DNA of 64,000 nt from Planctomycetota bacterium (GTDB taxonomy: Bacteria; Planctomycetota; Phycisphaerae; Phycisphaerales; UBA1924): assembly GCA_024280755.1 (NCBI GenBank), contig JAJRPN010000027.1, forward strand, positions 33,267-97,266, written 5' to 3'. Positions within the stretch are counted from its first letter, which is position 1; each line of letters opens with the position of its first letter. Shown piece after piece: positions 1 to 10,134 of the stretch. A model generated the notes under the pieces. It worked only from the letters and a program-made list of their open reading frames with translations. It did no database searches and had not been told where the DNA came from. The position numbers and the translations under genes were made by a program.

Positions 1-21
1 CGCAACTGGCCTGGCCAGAAC

Positions 22-588
22 ATGAATGATCCGGCGCGTATTGATGAGATGGCGCTGTCGCTCAAGGATTTCTCTGAAAAGCAGATCTTTGATTCGATGG
101 GGTCGCCTCAGGTCGCGGTTTCGGAGGTTTCTGGCGCGTTGCAGGGTGCATATTATTCGGGCTTGATGGTGGGGAATATCGATGTGTTTAATGCACAGTG
201 GGCATATGCCCGCAGTGCCCACGCGTACTTTTTCTCCGAGCAGTTCAGCATTGTTGTCGCAGCATCTGACAAGGCGCGGATGGAGTATATGGACCGAGAT
301 TTTCCGTTCTTGGCGGGTAACTTCTTTGTCAATGTGCTGACATCATTGGGCCCAGCAGAAGCTGAAATTCTCTACGGCAATGCACCCAACGATCTTCGCC
401 AATATGCCTACGACGCGTTGCGAACTCGGTTTAAGGGCTTTGTCGATCAGCTCGAAGCGAATGGTGATTCTGAGCCGTTTGATCTCATCTTCCCGGTGCC
501 AGATGGTATGGAAGAGTTTCGGATTGCGTACGAGCGCAAACTCGAAGCCCGCCAAGCGCAGGGCGACGAAGGCGTGATGAAAAAATAA
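22..588 (+). CDS. hypothetical protein (possibly 5'-truncated by the window edge)
   Basis: 188-aa ORF. The reading frame is open from nt 1, so the true start may lie upstream of the window. I recognise no motif. Confidence 0.4.
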   Translation: MNDPARIDEMALSLKDFSEKQIFDSMGSPQVAVSEVSGALQGAYYSGLMVGNIDVFNAQWAYARSAHAYFFSEQFSIVVAASDKARMEYMDRDFPFLAGNFFVNVLTSLGPAEAEILYGNAPNDLRQYAYDALRTRFKGFVDQLEANGDSEPFDLIFPVPDGMEEFRIAYERKLEARQAQGDEGVMKK

Positions 589-644
589 CGACCTCCCGGC
601 CGTTATGTATTCGATGGTTGAGGCTCATCTCTTAAAGGTTGCTG

Positions 645-1853
645 TTAGAGCGTCTGCCCGATGAGCTGATCGCGGGCTTGCGTATATCGATTGAGTGTGC
701 CGAGCAGCACGCTGTCTGGCAATGTCGGGCCTGGAGGCGTTTTATCCCAGGCACCCGAGTTGACCAGCGTTTCGAGATGCTCACGAACAAACTGCTTGTC
801 GAAGCTTTTTTGGGCGCGCCCTGGTTTATAATCATCAGCCGGCCAGAACCGCGAAGAATCTGGTGTGAGCGCTTCGTCAATCAAAATCGGATCATTGCTG
901 ATGACATTGCCGTCCTCGTCAATCGGGACCCCGAACTCGAACTTGGTGTCTGCAAGGATGATGCCGTGATCTTTGGCGTATGCGCTGGCAGCAACATAAA
1001 TGTTCAATGAGCGTTCGCGGAGGGTTTCCATCAGTGCTCGCCCGCCGATATCAGCGACATGCTCGCAGGCTTGGTCGAACCCGATGTTTTCATCATGCCC
1101 TTCGTCGGCTTTGGTCGCAGGAGTGAAGATCGGTTCCGGGAGTTTGTCACACTGAACGAGCCCCTCGGGCAATGGCACATTGCAAACAGAGCCTGTTTTT
1201 TGATACTCTTTGAGCCCTGATCCTTCAAGGTAGCCACGAACAACGCATTCGACAGGGATGACCTTACAGAGCCGACCGATCGTGGTTCGTCCTTCGAGCA
1301 TCGCGCGGGTGGTCGCTTTGGTGAATGCCTCGTCGGGGATCAGATCGAGTTCTGTGGTGATCAGGTGGGTAGGCGAGAGGTTCTGGTCTTCGATCCACCG
1401 GAGCCAAAAAGTGGCGATTTGGGTCAGTAGTCGACCTTTTGAGGGGATCGGGGTGGGCAAAATGACATCAAATGCTGAGATCCGATCGCTGGCAATAATG
1501 ACCAGCCGAGGGGGGATTCGTTGGCCGTCCATATCGGTATGGGCGGGGATTGTGTAGGTGTCGCGGACCTTGCCTGCGCGTTTGTTAGGCAGCGCGAGAT
1601 CCGTCTTGAAAACCGGGGCTCCAAAATCCGACAAAGTCCCATTGGTCGAGTCACAAGCCGAGTCGGCACGATCTGAAGTGGGATGGTTTGTATGCACAAT
1701 CGGAGGATAGCACGCCCGCTGGGGAGAGGTGGATGGTTGTAAACCAAAAGTGTGGCGATTGAGAGCGGTTGCTATGAGAGGGGGGGATAAATCGGAACGA
1801 ATCCGGGGTATTGGGTCGCCCGACGGTGCCTCTTCCCATATCCTTCCATACAA
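645..1853 (-). CDS. purC: phosphoribosylaminoimidazole-succinocarboxamide (SAICAR) synthase
   Basis: Motifs GKVRDTY, IIASDRISAFDV, LADTKFEFG and FDKQFVREHL. The ATG at 1853 adds about 70 aa of low-complexity N-terminus. In-frame GTG (1697) or TTG (1634) are more plausible starts. Confidence 0.85.
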   Translation of the reverse strand: MYGRIWEEAPSGDPIPRIRSDLSPPLIATALNRHTFGLQPSTSPQRACYPPIVHTNHPTSDRADSACDSTNGTLSDFGAPVFKTDLALPNKRAGKVRDTYTIPAHTDMDGQRIPPRLVIIASDRISAFDVILPTPIPSKGRLLTQIATFWLRWIEDQNLSPTHLITTELDLIPDEAFTKATTRAMLEGRTTIGRLCKVIPVECVVRGYLEGSGLKEYQKTGSVCNVPLPEGLVQCDKLPEPIFTPATKADEGHDENIGFDQACEHVADIGGRALMETLRERSLNIYVAASAYAKDHGIILADTKFEFGVPIDEDGNVISNDPILIDEALTPDSSRFWPADDYKPGRAQKSFDKQFVREHLETLVNSGAWDKTPPGPTLPDSVLLGTLNRYTQARDQLIGQTL

Positions 1854-1941
1854 TGAACGGATGATATCTGATCAGATTCTGAGACGGGCAGCGTTTTCTG
1901 CGGCTGTCGATGAGGATCCAATGAGGAGTTGATAGTCCCCG

Positions 1942-3675
1942 ATGCTGCGATTTGTTACCCCAGATAAATCTTCCGAGTTGTCATTGCAGGTCTTGCCCGG
2001 CGCCTACCTCCTTGGCCCAGACTCGGTCCCTATCGCGGGGGAAGTGGTTGTTGAGGGTGGTGTGATTCGGTGTGAAAAAGGGACCCGCGAAGCCGCATCG
2101 CTGGCGTTGCAAGTCGACCTCGACGAAGCTCGGCTTGCCAAGAGCTCTCCCCGTGCGACCCGCAAACCAATAATTGATGATATCGAGCTTAAGCCACTGG
2201 GTACCTGGACGCTTCAGACCTGCCTGCTTCCCGATCGAGACCACCCCTATATTTTGGCGCTCGAACTCGCTCGCCATCGGATCATGCTGTTTTTGACCAA
2301 ACTCGAAGACTGGCAAGCATTCGATATCGATCCCGATTCTCAAGCGATGAGGCTCTTTGATGCTGCTCGTGAAGTATTCACCAAAGCACTCGTCGCATCG
2401 AGCGAGCATACTGGCGATGTCGAAGAGGCATCGAGGCTCGGGTTCTTGTCGCTCTGGATCGCGCTTGAGGCCTCCGAGCGTTTGGCGTTGTTGGTCACCG
2501 ATCGAGACTTTGGCGATCGGATGAATGGGCAGTTATATCTTTCGGTTTCGGAAGAGCATGGGATCACCAAAAAAGCGGTGCCGGTGCTTCATCCAAACCG
2601 AGGCGGGGTTGTATTGCCAACCAAACCTGCCATCGGCGCATTGGTTTCACCGAGTATGCTCAACGAGCAGACCAAAGCCGCAGCCGTCAAAGCGTGTGAT
2701 TTCATATCTCTGCCTATGCGATGGGTCGAGATGGAACCACTCGAAGGCGAGTACGCCTATACCCCAACCGACAAATGGATCGAGTGGGCAATTCGCTCTG
2801 CGAAGATGCCCGTCGTTGCTGGGCCAGTCATCGATTTTCGCCCGCAGAGTGTTCCCGAATGGTTGTACATTTGGGAGAACGATTACGAAACGCTCCGCGA
2901 GTTGGTCTATGAACATCTCAAAGCGATCGTCACACGCTATCGCCGAACCGTGAGCCGATGGACGGTGTGTTCTGGTCTCCATTGTGGCGAGCATTTCAAG
3001 CTTGATTTCCAGCAGATGATCGACCTGACCCGTATCTGTGTGTTAGTTGTTCGTAAACTCCATCCGCGAGCAAAGGTGCAGGTCGAGATTGTTGAGCCTT
3101 GGGGCGAGTATCACACGAGTGATCGAAAATCGCTCCCGCCTTTGTTGTATGCAGAGATGCTGACACAGTCGGGGATTCCGATCGATACCTTCTCGCTGCG
3201 TGTGCAGATGGGCTCGTATGAATCGGGCTTATCCTCGCGCGATCTGATGGCCTTCTCTGCGATGCTCGATCAATATGCGATGCTCGACCGTCCGATCGCG
3301 ATCTCGGCATTTGGTGCGCCATCTGGGCGTTTGATCCCGTCGGGCGATGAAGACACCAGGCCACAAGCCGGGCATTGGCGTCAGCATTGGACAGAAAAGG
3401 GACAGGCCGATTGGATGTCCACCTTTGGCGCGATCGCGCTCGCCAAGCCGTTCGTAGAATCGATCTGCTGGCACGAGCTTGCCGATCCAAACGGCGCGAC
3501 CGAGATGCGTACCGGCGGGTTGTTGAACCGCCGAGCCGAGCCCCGCGAGGTACTCGATCGGGTCGTCGAACTCCGCCAAGCGGTTGAATCTTGCACATTG
3601 CCTCAACGGTTTATGGCCGACAACTTCCTGCACTTTGAGAATGATCAAGCACCAGCCAGCGAGATCGGGTCGTGA
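1942..3675 (+). CDS. hypothetical protein, possible GH10-like TIM-barrel fold
   Basis: 577-aa ORF. The segment MRWVEMEPLEGEYAYTPTDKWIEWA...VPEWLY...LKAIVTRYRRTVSRWTVCSG resembles the GH10 pattern W..EP..G.....D....A...P.W......Y.G.I..WDVVNE. The NE acid/base position reads SG. Confidence 0.35.
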   Translation: MLRFVTPDKSSELSLQVLPGAYLLGPDSVPIAGEVVVEGGVIRCEKGTREAASLALQVDLDEARLAKSSPRATRKPIIDDIELKPLGTWTLQTCLLPDRDHPYILALELARHRIMLFLTKLEDWQAFDIDPDSQAMRLFDAAREVFTKALVASSEHTGDVEEASRLGFLSLWIALEASERLALLVTDRDFGDRMNGQLYLSVSEEHGITKKAVPVLHPNRGGVVLPTKPAIGALVSPSMLNEQTKAAAVKACDFISLPMRWVEMEPLEGEYAYTPTDKWIEWAIRSAKMPVVAGPVIDFRPQSVPEWLYIWENDYETLRELVYEHLKAIVTRYRRTVSRWTVCSGLHCGEHFKLDFQQMIDLTRICVLVVRKLHPRAKVQVEIVEPWGEYHTSDRKSLPPLLYAEMLTQSGIPIDTFSLRVQMGSYESGLSSRDLMAFSAMLDQYAMLDRPIAISAFGAPSGRLIPSGDEDTRPQAGHWRQHWTEKGQADWMSTFGAIALAKPFVESICWHELADPNGATEMRTGGLLNRRAEPREVLDRVVELRQAVESCTLPQRFMADNFLHFENDQAPASEIGS

Positions 3676-4088
3676 CCCGGTCGGTCGGCTCAAAGCGATT
3701 CGTACCCCCAAAATCAACAGATGCAGATTGGACACGCACGCCTGCGGCTCTCTTTGCGAGCATTGTCCTCGGGTGCGCTTCGATTGGTGGGTTGGCATGG
3801 TCGATGACACGAACAATTGAGCGTGACGCGTTGGTGATGACGCAAATCGAAACGATCGAAGCTGGTGAACCATTGCCAAGCGCGATCGTGCAGATCGAGA
3901 TCAACTCGGCCAATGCTGCCCAGCTCGATCTGCTCCCCGCGATTGGACCAAAGCTGGCATTACGAATCGTCGAAGACCGCGTAGCGAATGGGCGGTTTGA
4001 AACATTCAACGATCTCGATCGTGTACATGGGATCGGGCCGAAGACACTCGAAAAGATCCGCCCGCGCGTGGTAATCGCAGACAAATAA
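3672..4088 (+). CDS. comEA: ComEA-like helix-hairpin-helix DNA-binding protein (membrane anchored)
   Basis: N-terminal hydrophobic helix, then INSANAAQLDLLPAIGPKLALRIVEDRVANGRFETFNDLDRVHGIGPKTLEKI (tandem HhH). GTGA start/stop overlap with the upstream ORF. Confidence 0.75.
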   Translation: MTRSVGSKRFVPPKSTDADWTRTPAALFASIVLGCASIGGLAWSMTRTIERDALVMTQIETIEAGEPLPSAIVQIEINSANAAQLDLLPAIGPKLALRIVEDRVANGRFETFNDLDRVHGIGPKTLEKIRPRVVIADK

Positions 4089-4194
4089 ACCCAAGCACTT
4101 GGGCCAAGCGCATCCGCTGGCAACAGCGGGTACACTTATTGAAACCAACTCACCCGCATTGGCTGATCGGTCCGCCCGATGATCCAAGGCCCGC

Positions 4195-7100
4195 GTGTGC
4201 GCTGCGCGTACAGAAAGAACACCCGTGAACCTGCTCATACCAATCATCGCCGACGCCGCATTTAAAGCCTTTGCCAAAGGGCTCGACGCGGGGCATCGCA
4301 CCATCGCGACGGGTTCTGTTGGATCGTCGATCTCGTTGGTTTCGATTGCGTTGAGCAAACAGATCAAACGCCCGGTGCTGATTGTGTGTGCGCATCTCGA
4401 CGAGGCAGAGGATATCTATGCCGAGATTAACACGGTGCAACCAAACACAGGTGCGGTGTTCCCCGCATTAGAACTCGCGCCGGGTGAATCGAGCGTGAGT
4501 GCAGAGCTCTTCGCTCAGCGGGCAGCAATGATCGCTCAGTTCCGGGTTGGGCAGGTGCCTGATGTTCTGATCGCACCGATCTCTGCGCTCATGCAGCCGG
4601 TGCCAAGCGAGCAGCGGATCAACGCATTGGTGCGCGAGGTTCGAGAGGCGAGCGAAGTTGCGCCTGGCAAGTTGATCGAATGGATGAGCAACGCCGGGTA
4701 TGAACGCGTCGACACGATCGAGTATCCAGGGCAGTTCACATCGAGAGGAGGGATCATCGATGTCTTCCCACCGACCGGGCCAACAAGCAACGCGGGCGGC
4801 TCGCCGATCCCAGTCCGTATCGATTTCTTTGGCGATGAGATCGATTCGATTTCAGAAATTGACATCGACACAATGGGTTCAGATCGAAAGATCAGTTCGG
4901 TTTTACTTGGAGCCGTTGGGGATGCTCAGCTCGCTGGCGCGCGTGATGATCAATCGGTGTTGGAATATTTGCCGAAGGATTCGGTGGTGTTGTTGGCCGA
5001 GACCTTTGAGGTTGTTGAGCAAGGGCGAGGCTACTTTGAGCGGATCAGCGACGGGCGAGCGATCTATGGCCCGCCCGCGGCCTTGAAGATTCTCGAAACC
5101 AGATTCCACGCGCTCGCCGAGGTGAACCAGTTTTCTGCGGGTAAGGCAGGTGCCGATGCGTTGGTTGGCTTGCCCGTGGGCACGCTGCCGCCGTTCGATC
5201 GAGAGGTTTCTGGAGCGATTCGGGAACTTGGCGAACTCAAAGAGCAGGTCGATACCGTTGTGCTCGCATGTGGCTCCGATGGCGAGTTTGCTCGGCTCGG
5301 CGAGTTACTCACACTTCATTTGCCCGGTGTAGTTGTCCGCCGAGAGATCCTTGATATCCGCCGAGGGTTTATCTGGGAGGCATCCGATACGGGTGCGGGG
5401 ATCGGTCGGTTTGCGATAGTTCCTGCGGGCGAGTTGCTGCATCGTTCGAGCGTTCGTAGGCGGATCCAAAAAATCCGCGCCGGGCGGACGATGGATACAT
5501 TTCTTGATATCCAGATCGACGACTATGTCGTGCATGCCGAGCATGGCATTGCTAAGTTTGTCGGCATGTCGATCATGGACGCATCGGGCACCGCCAAACA
5601 ACGCCGACAGTTTGATTCAAGTGTGGGCCCCAAAGCCAAGAAACGAAAAGAAGATCAAGAGGAGTATCTCACCCTCGAGTTCGCCGGGCGGAGTCGATTG
5701 CATGTGCCGTGCTCGCAGATCGGACTTGTGCAGAAGTATGTTGGTGGGTTTAAGGGCAAGCCGCCGTTGAGTTCGATTGGTGGTAAGAAGTGGAAAGCGC
5801 AGAAGGAACGGGTGAGCGAGTCGGTCAAGGACCTGGCATCCGAGATGCTGCGCGTGCGTGCTGCCCGCGAGCATGTACCCGGTTTCTCATACCCGAGCGA
5901 TACAGATTTGTTCAAAGAGTTCGAAGCCGAGTTTCCCTATGACGAGACCGAAGATCAGCTTAGCTCGATGATTGAGATCAAGAAGGACATGCAATCATCG
6001 CGCCCGATGGATCGGTTGATCTGCGGCGATGTCGGGTTTGGCAAGACCGAGCTCGCGATTCGGGCAGCATTTAAAGCGGTCGAAGCCGGGCGACAGGTGG
6101 CGATTCTTGTCCCGACAACCGTGCTTGCAGAGCAGCACGAACGAACATTCCGTCAGCGATTTGCCGACTATCCATTCCGGGTGGAATCGCTCTCGCGGTT
6201 TAAATCGACCAAAGAGATTAAACGAACAATCGAAGATCTCAAACTCGGGCGCGTCGATGTGGTTGTCGGCACGCATCGATTGTTGTCGAAAGACATTCGA
6301 TTCGCCGAGCTTGGGATGGTGGTGATCGATGAGGAACAACGCTTTGGTGTTGAGCACAAAGAGGCCTTGCTCCGATTGCGATTGACCGTCGATGTTCTCA
6401 CGCTGAGCGCAACGCCGATCCCTCGAACGCTGCATATGTCGATGCTTGGGTTGCGCGATATTTCGAGCTTGACGACGCCGCCGGTGGATCGAAGATCGAT
6501 TGTGACCGAGGTGATCCCGTACAACACGCATCGGATCGCACGGGCGATTCAGCGCGAGCTTGCGCGTGAAGGCCAGGTGTATTATGTGCATAATCGAGTT
6601 CATAATATCGAGTCGGTGGCGGACACTATCCGCAAGCTCGTGCCCGGTGCCAAGGTGATTATTGGGCACGGGCAGATGGCGGGGAATGATCTTGAGAAGG
6701 TCATGCACCAGTTCATGTCGCGCAAGGCGGACATTTTGGTTTCGACGACGATCATCGAATCAGGAATCGATATCCCGACCGCCAATACAATGATTATTAA
6801 TGATGCCGATCGATTTGGGTTGTCCGAGCTTCATCAGCTACGCGGGCGCGTTGGGCGTTCGCACCATCGGGCGTATTGCTATTTGCTTTTGCCAGAAGAT
6901 CGAACTGTCAAAGAGGTCGCCCAAAAACGGCTCAAGGCGATCGAAGAATATTCGATGCTTGGTGCAGGTTTCAAGATCGCGATGCGCGATCTTGAGATTC
7001 GCGGCGCGGGTAACTTGTTGGGCGCAGAACAATCCGGGCACATCGCAACGGTGGGGTATGAGATGTATTGCCAGTTGTTGGATCAATCGGTTCACCAACT

Positions 7101-7590
7101 GACAGAATCTGGCTCGCCCGAGCAGGTGACGCACACCTCGGTCGATATCGGTATCTTTGGCTACATTCCCAAAGCCTATATCCCAAGCGATGCGCGGCGT
7201 ATCGAAGCGTATCGAAGATTGGGCACCGCGAGTTCGCAGAAAGCGATTGATCAAGTGGTTGAAGATTTAACAAGCGCGTATTCGGATCCGCCAGAGCTTG
7301 TCCGTAGGCTGGTGCTTCGGGCAAGGGTGCGGGCAGCGTATCAGGCGTTGTTTGTACGCGGGGTCAGCCAGCGCGGCGAGGATGTCGTGTTTCTCACGGC
7401 AACACCAAGTCTTGTGGTTGATCAACTTGCCAATGCACCCGTCGAGATCCGGGTTCTCGAAGGCGATCTCGCACAGACCAACGCCCGGACAAACGCGGGC
7501 GAACAACTCGCCGAGGTCTGGACACGCCCACGAACAACACACAAATCACTCATGCAAGGCGCCAAGGCCATCCTTGCGTGGGTTTCCTAA
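4195..7590 (+). CDS. mfd: transcription-repair coupling factor
   Basis: 1131 aa. Helicase motifs GDVGFGKTE, DEEQRFGV, TATPIPRT, QLRGRVGR. Overall Mfd-type length and order. GTG start, with an alternative GTG at 4225. Confidence 0.95.
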   Translation: MCAARTERTPVNLLIPIIADAAFKAFAKGLDAGHRTIATGSVGSSISLVSIALSKQIKRPVLIVCAHLDEAEDIYAEINTVQPNTGAVFPALELAPGESSVSAELFAQRAAMIAQFRVGQVPDVLIAPISALMQPVPSEQRINALVREVREASEVAPGKLIEWMSNAGYERVDTIEYPGQFTSRGGIIDVFPPTGPTSNAGGSPIPVRIDFFGDEIDSISEIDIDTMGSDRKISSVLLGAVGDAQLAGARDDQSVLEYLPKDSVVLLAETFEVVEQGRGYFERISDGRAIYGPPAALKILETRFHALAEVNQFSAGKAGADALVGLPVGTLPPFDREVSGAIRELGELKEQVDTVVLACGSDGEFARLGELLTLHLPGVVVRREILDIRRGFIWEASDTGAGIGRFAIVPAGELLHRSSVRRRIQKIRAGRTMDTFLDIQIDDYVVHAEHGIAKFVGMSIMDASGTAKQRRQFDSSVGPKAKKRKEDQEEYLTLEFAGRSRLHVPCSQIGLVQKYVGGFKGKPPLSSIGGKKWKAQKERVSESVKDLASEMLRVRAAREHVPGFSYPSDTDLFKEFEAEFPYDETEDQLSSMIEIKKDMQSSRPMDRLICGDVGFGKTELAIRAAFKAVEAGRQVAILVPTTVLAEQHERTFRQRFADYPFRVESLSRFKSTKEIKRTIEDLKLGRVDVVVGTHRLLSKDIRFAELGMVVIDEEQRFGVEHKEALLRLRLTVDVLTLSATPIPRTLHMSMLGLRDISSLTTPPVDRRSIVTEVIPYNTHRIARAIQRELAREGQVYYVHNRVHNIESVADTIRKLVPGAKVIIGHGQMAGNDLEKVMHQFMSRKADILVSTTIIESGIDIPTANTMIINDADRFGLSELHQLRGRVGRSHHRAYCYLLLPEDRTVKEVAQKRLKAIEEYSMLGAGFKIAMRDLEIRGAGNLLGAEQSGHIATVGYEMYCQLLDQSVHQLTESGSPEQVTHTSVDIGIFGYIPKAYIPSDARRIEAYRRLGTASSQKAIDQVVEDLTSAYSDPPELVRRLVLRARVRAAYQALFVRGVSQRGEDVVFLTATPSLVVDQLANAPVEIRVLEGDLAQTNARTNAGEQLAEVWTRPRTTHKSLMQGAKAILAWVS

Positions 7591-7679
7591 CACAGGTTTC
7601 ACACAAACTCAACGCATCGACAAGCTCGATGTGATAGACTCTTTTACGAACAACCGCGGAACACGACAGGACCTGACCC

Positions 7680-8411
7680 ATGCCAGAATCGAACGATACA
7701 TCCTTTGAATCCAGCCCAATCCAGCGTGTCGGCGGGGAAACCCAGCTTGATCAGCAACTCGCCTCTCTTCGCCGAAGGCTGATTCGCGAGGCTTCGCAAG
7801 CGGTCGATCTGCTCTCCCAATCAATCGAAGTTCTCTGGACCGCCGATCGCGAAGGCGCCAAAGAGGTCAAGCGGATCGAAAAGCAGATCGATATCGAAGA
7901 GGTTCGCATCGAGCAAGAGTGCTTCCGAATCCTTGCACTCCAAACACCGTTCGGGGCAGATTTTCGGCTGATCACTTTCAGTCTCAAAGCAAACTCAGAT
8001 ATCGAACGCCTCGCCGATCATGCCTCTTCGATCGCCAAGATCAGCAAGCGTTTCGAAGCTGAGTCTCCAGATTGGCCAGAGTCATTGCGTGAGATGGGCG
8101 AGCGGGTGCCGATGATGTGCCAAGAGTTATTGCGCGCAGTGATTAGTGCTGACATCAATGCAGCCAAAGAGGTTGTTAAGCGAGACAAGATCATCGATCG
8201 GCTCGACAAACAGACCTTCAAAGAACTCACACAGAAGATTGAATCCAACCCATCATTCGCATCAGACTACATGTTGATGTACCGCATCTCGCGAGAACTC
8301 GAACGAGTGGGGGATCTGCTTGGCAATATCGCCGAAGATATTGTATACTTGGTGACGGGTGACATTGTGCGTCATGCGCCTAAGCCTAAGAAGAAGAAAG
8401 CCGAGCAATAG
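7680..8411 (+). CDS. phoU: phosphate signalling complex protein PhoU
   Basis: Two PhoU repeats ending ...ERLADHASSIAK and ...ERVGDLLGNIAEDIVY. No pst genes are adjacent. Confidence 0.85.
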   Translation: MPESNDTSFESSPIQRVGGETQLDQQLASLRRRLIREASQAVDLLSQSIEVLWTADREGAKEVKRIEKQIDIEEVRIEQECFRILALQTPFGADFRLITFSLKANSDIERLADHASSIAKISKRFEAESPDWPESLREMGERVPMMCQELLRAVISADINAAKEVVKRDKIIDRLDKQTFKELTQKIESNPSFASDYMLMYRISRELERVGDLLGNIAEDIVYLVTGDIVRHAPKPKKKKAEQ

Positions 8412-8440
8412 ACCAACAATGGGAATGAACAAAGGGAAAC

Positions 8441-10088
8441 ATGCCTCAGATCATCATAACCATTGGAGCCTTGCTCTTACTCGTCGGCCTTGCCGCGATG
8501 GTCAGATCAATCAAGGGGCATTTGATTGCAACGCCACCACTTTGCCGAAAGTGTAAGTACGATCTGTCCGGGCTCGAAATTTCGGTTGATGGGCACTGCC
8601 CTGAGCGCGGGCGAACGGTTCTCGATGGCACACGATCGGTACGCCGAAGCCAGCGGAAGTTTCGCTTAGGGTTGCTCCTGTGTTCACTCTTGATGATCAG
8701 CACGGGTTCGATCGGCCTTGCGTTTCCAAAGATCATGGGGATGCCGGCGTTTGATCGTGTTGATTTGTACAGCAGCCGATCGGAGATATCGCTCATGGTC
8801 TTCGAGCGTGTTGGTGATGAGCGGGCGGAAATAGTTCTCTATCAGAAGCTCATGCGGGGCGAACTCTCAGACCGCGGTGTTGATCGGCTGACCAAACTCG
8901 CGATCAAGAAATATCAAACAGAGCAGGCCGGTTCTCTTCACAGTAGATGGAATCATGTGATGTCACTCGCCATGCTCGAACATCGGCTCAGCGACGAGCA
9001 ACTCCATGCCTTCATCGAGCATCAGGTAACTACCAAGTTCAAGATTAGAACCGAGATCCATCCCGATGATCCAGAGGTCTTCGCGATTGTCTGGATTGAT
9101 GAGCCGGGGTTTGTTTCTCGGACAAACTTCGCCCGGGTTCCATGGCGGAAACGCCAAGGGATGCCGATAGATGTTCGGTTTGAATCGCCGTTTACACTTG
9201 GAGGCAAAGTCTTTGTTGAGGTGATCTCTGGAAATCATACCAGCCGCCAAGAAATCGGCTCAATCACATCGCCCATTTTGGGAGCACATTAGAAAGCCAC
9301 TCAAAGCCCGGATCTCGGCGCCGATCGATTCAGGAATCTTCAATGTTCATTTCGAATACCAGTTCGAGGTGATGGAGGGCGACACGCTTATTCATGCGTG
9401 GACACAACGCGAGGTGGTCACTGTACAAAGATCGCAAGCCGACGGTTTCGTGTATGCGCAACCGATCGACGATGTACCCGTGATCCAAAGTATGATCAGT
9501 CGGCTGAGCTTTCACGCGGTGAAGGTTTCAACCAAGCGTGAAGAGGCCCGACAGTTCGACGGCACTAACGGCAATGAGATCGCCCAACCTGTTGTCCGAC
9601 TGAAAAGCTATCAGATCTTCGATCATTCACTCCTAGGCGATATCCGAATCCGAATTGGTGACACCGAGATTTCGTACGATCCAATCGTCTGGAAAGTCAA
9701 GCCACATCCGCAAAGCCCCAGGGGGATGTCCGTCGATTACGACGGCTGGGGTTGGGCCGGGCCAAGCGATTTTGATCAGGTGCTCGACTATTTGGACGAA
9801 CACGCCGAGTTCTGGGCGAGGGCATTGGAAGTCGGCAAGGTCGATGTACTGATCGTTCCCAATGCCGAACTTGCCAGAGAGAATCCGGGGGTTGAATCGT
9901 TCGTGAACCGAACAATCATCTTCCGCGATGTCCCGATTCATGGGCTCGAGCCGTTGTACAGATCGGGCATCGGGAGCACCGGCCATCCCTACTACATCAT
10001 GCGTTGGCAGCCGATCGGCGGGCATGAGCAGTTCAAATCCAAGCCCCGAACCCAGCCAGTGATGGCCGAGATTCTTGAGACAGAATAA
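8441..10088 (+). pseudogene. array copy 1 of the TM/zinc-ribbon/TM paralogue family, disrupted by a frameshift
   Basis: ORF 8441-9292 matches the N-terminal half of the family and ORF 9369-10088 the C-terminal half. The second frame is already open from 9225, so the two frames overlap at 9225-9292. The shift is +1. The ribbon motif reads CPERG instead of CPECG. Confidence 0.7.
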
Positions 10089-10134
10089 GCCAAACGCCGA
10101 GTTTGCATTTGAATAATGTTATATACTCATCTCC

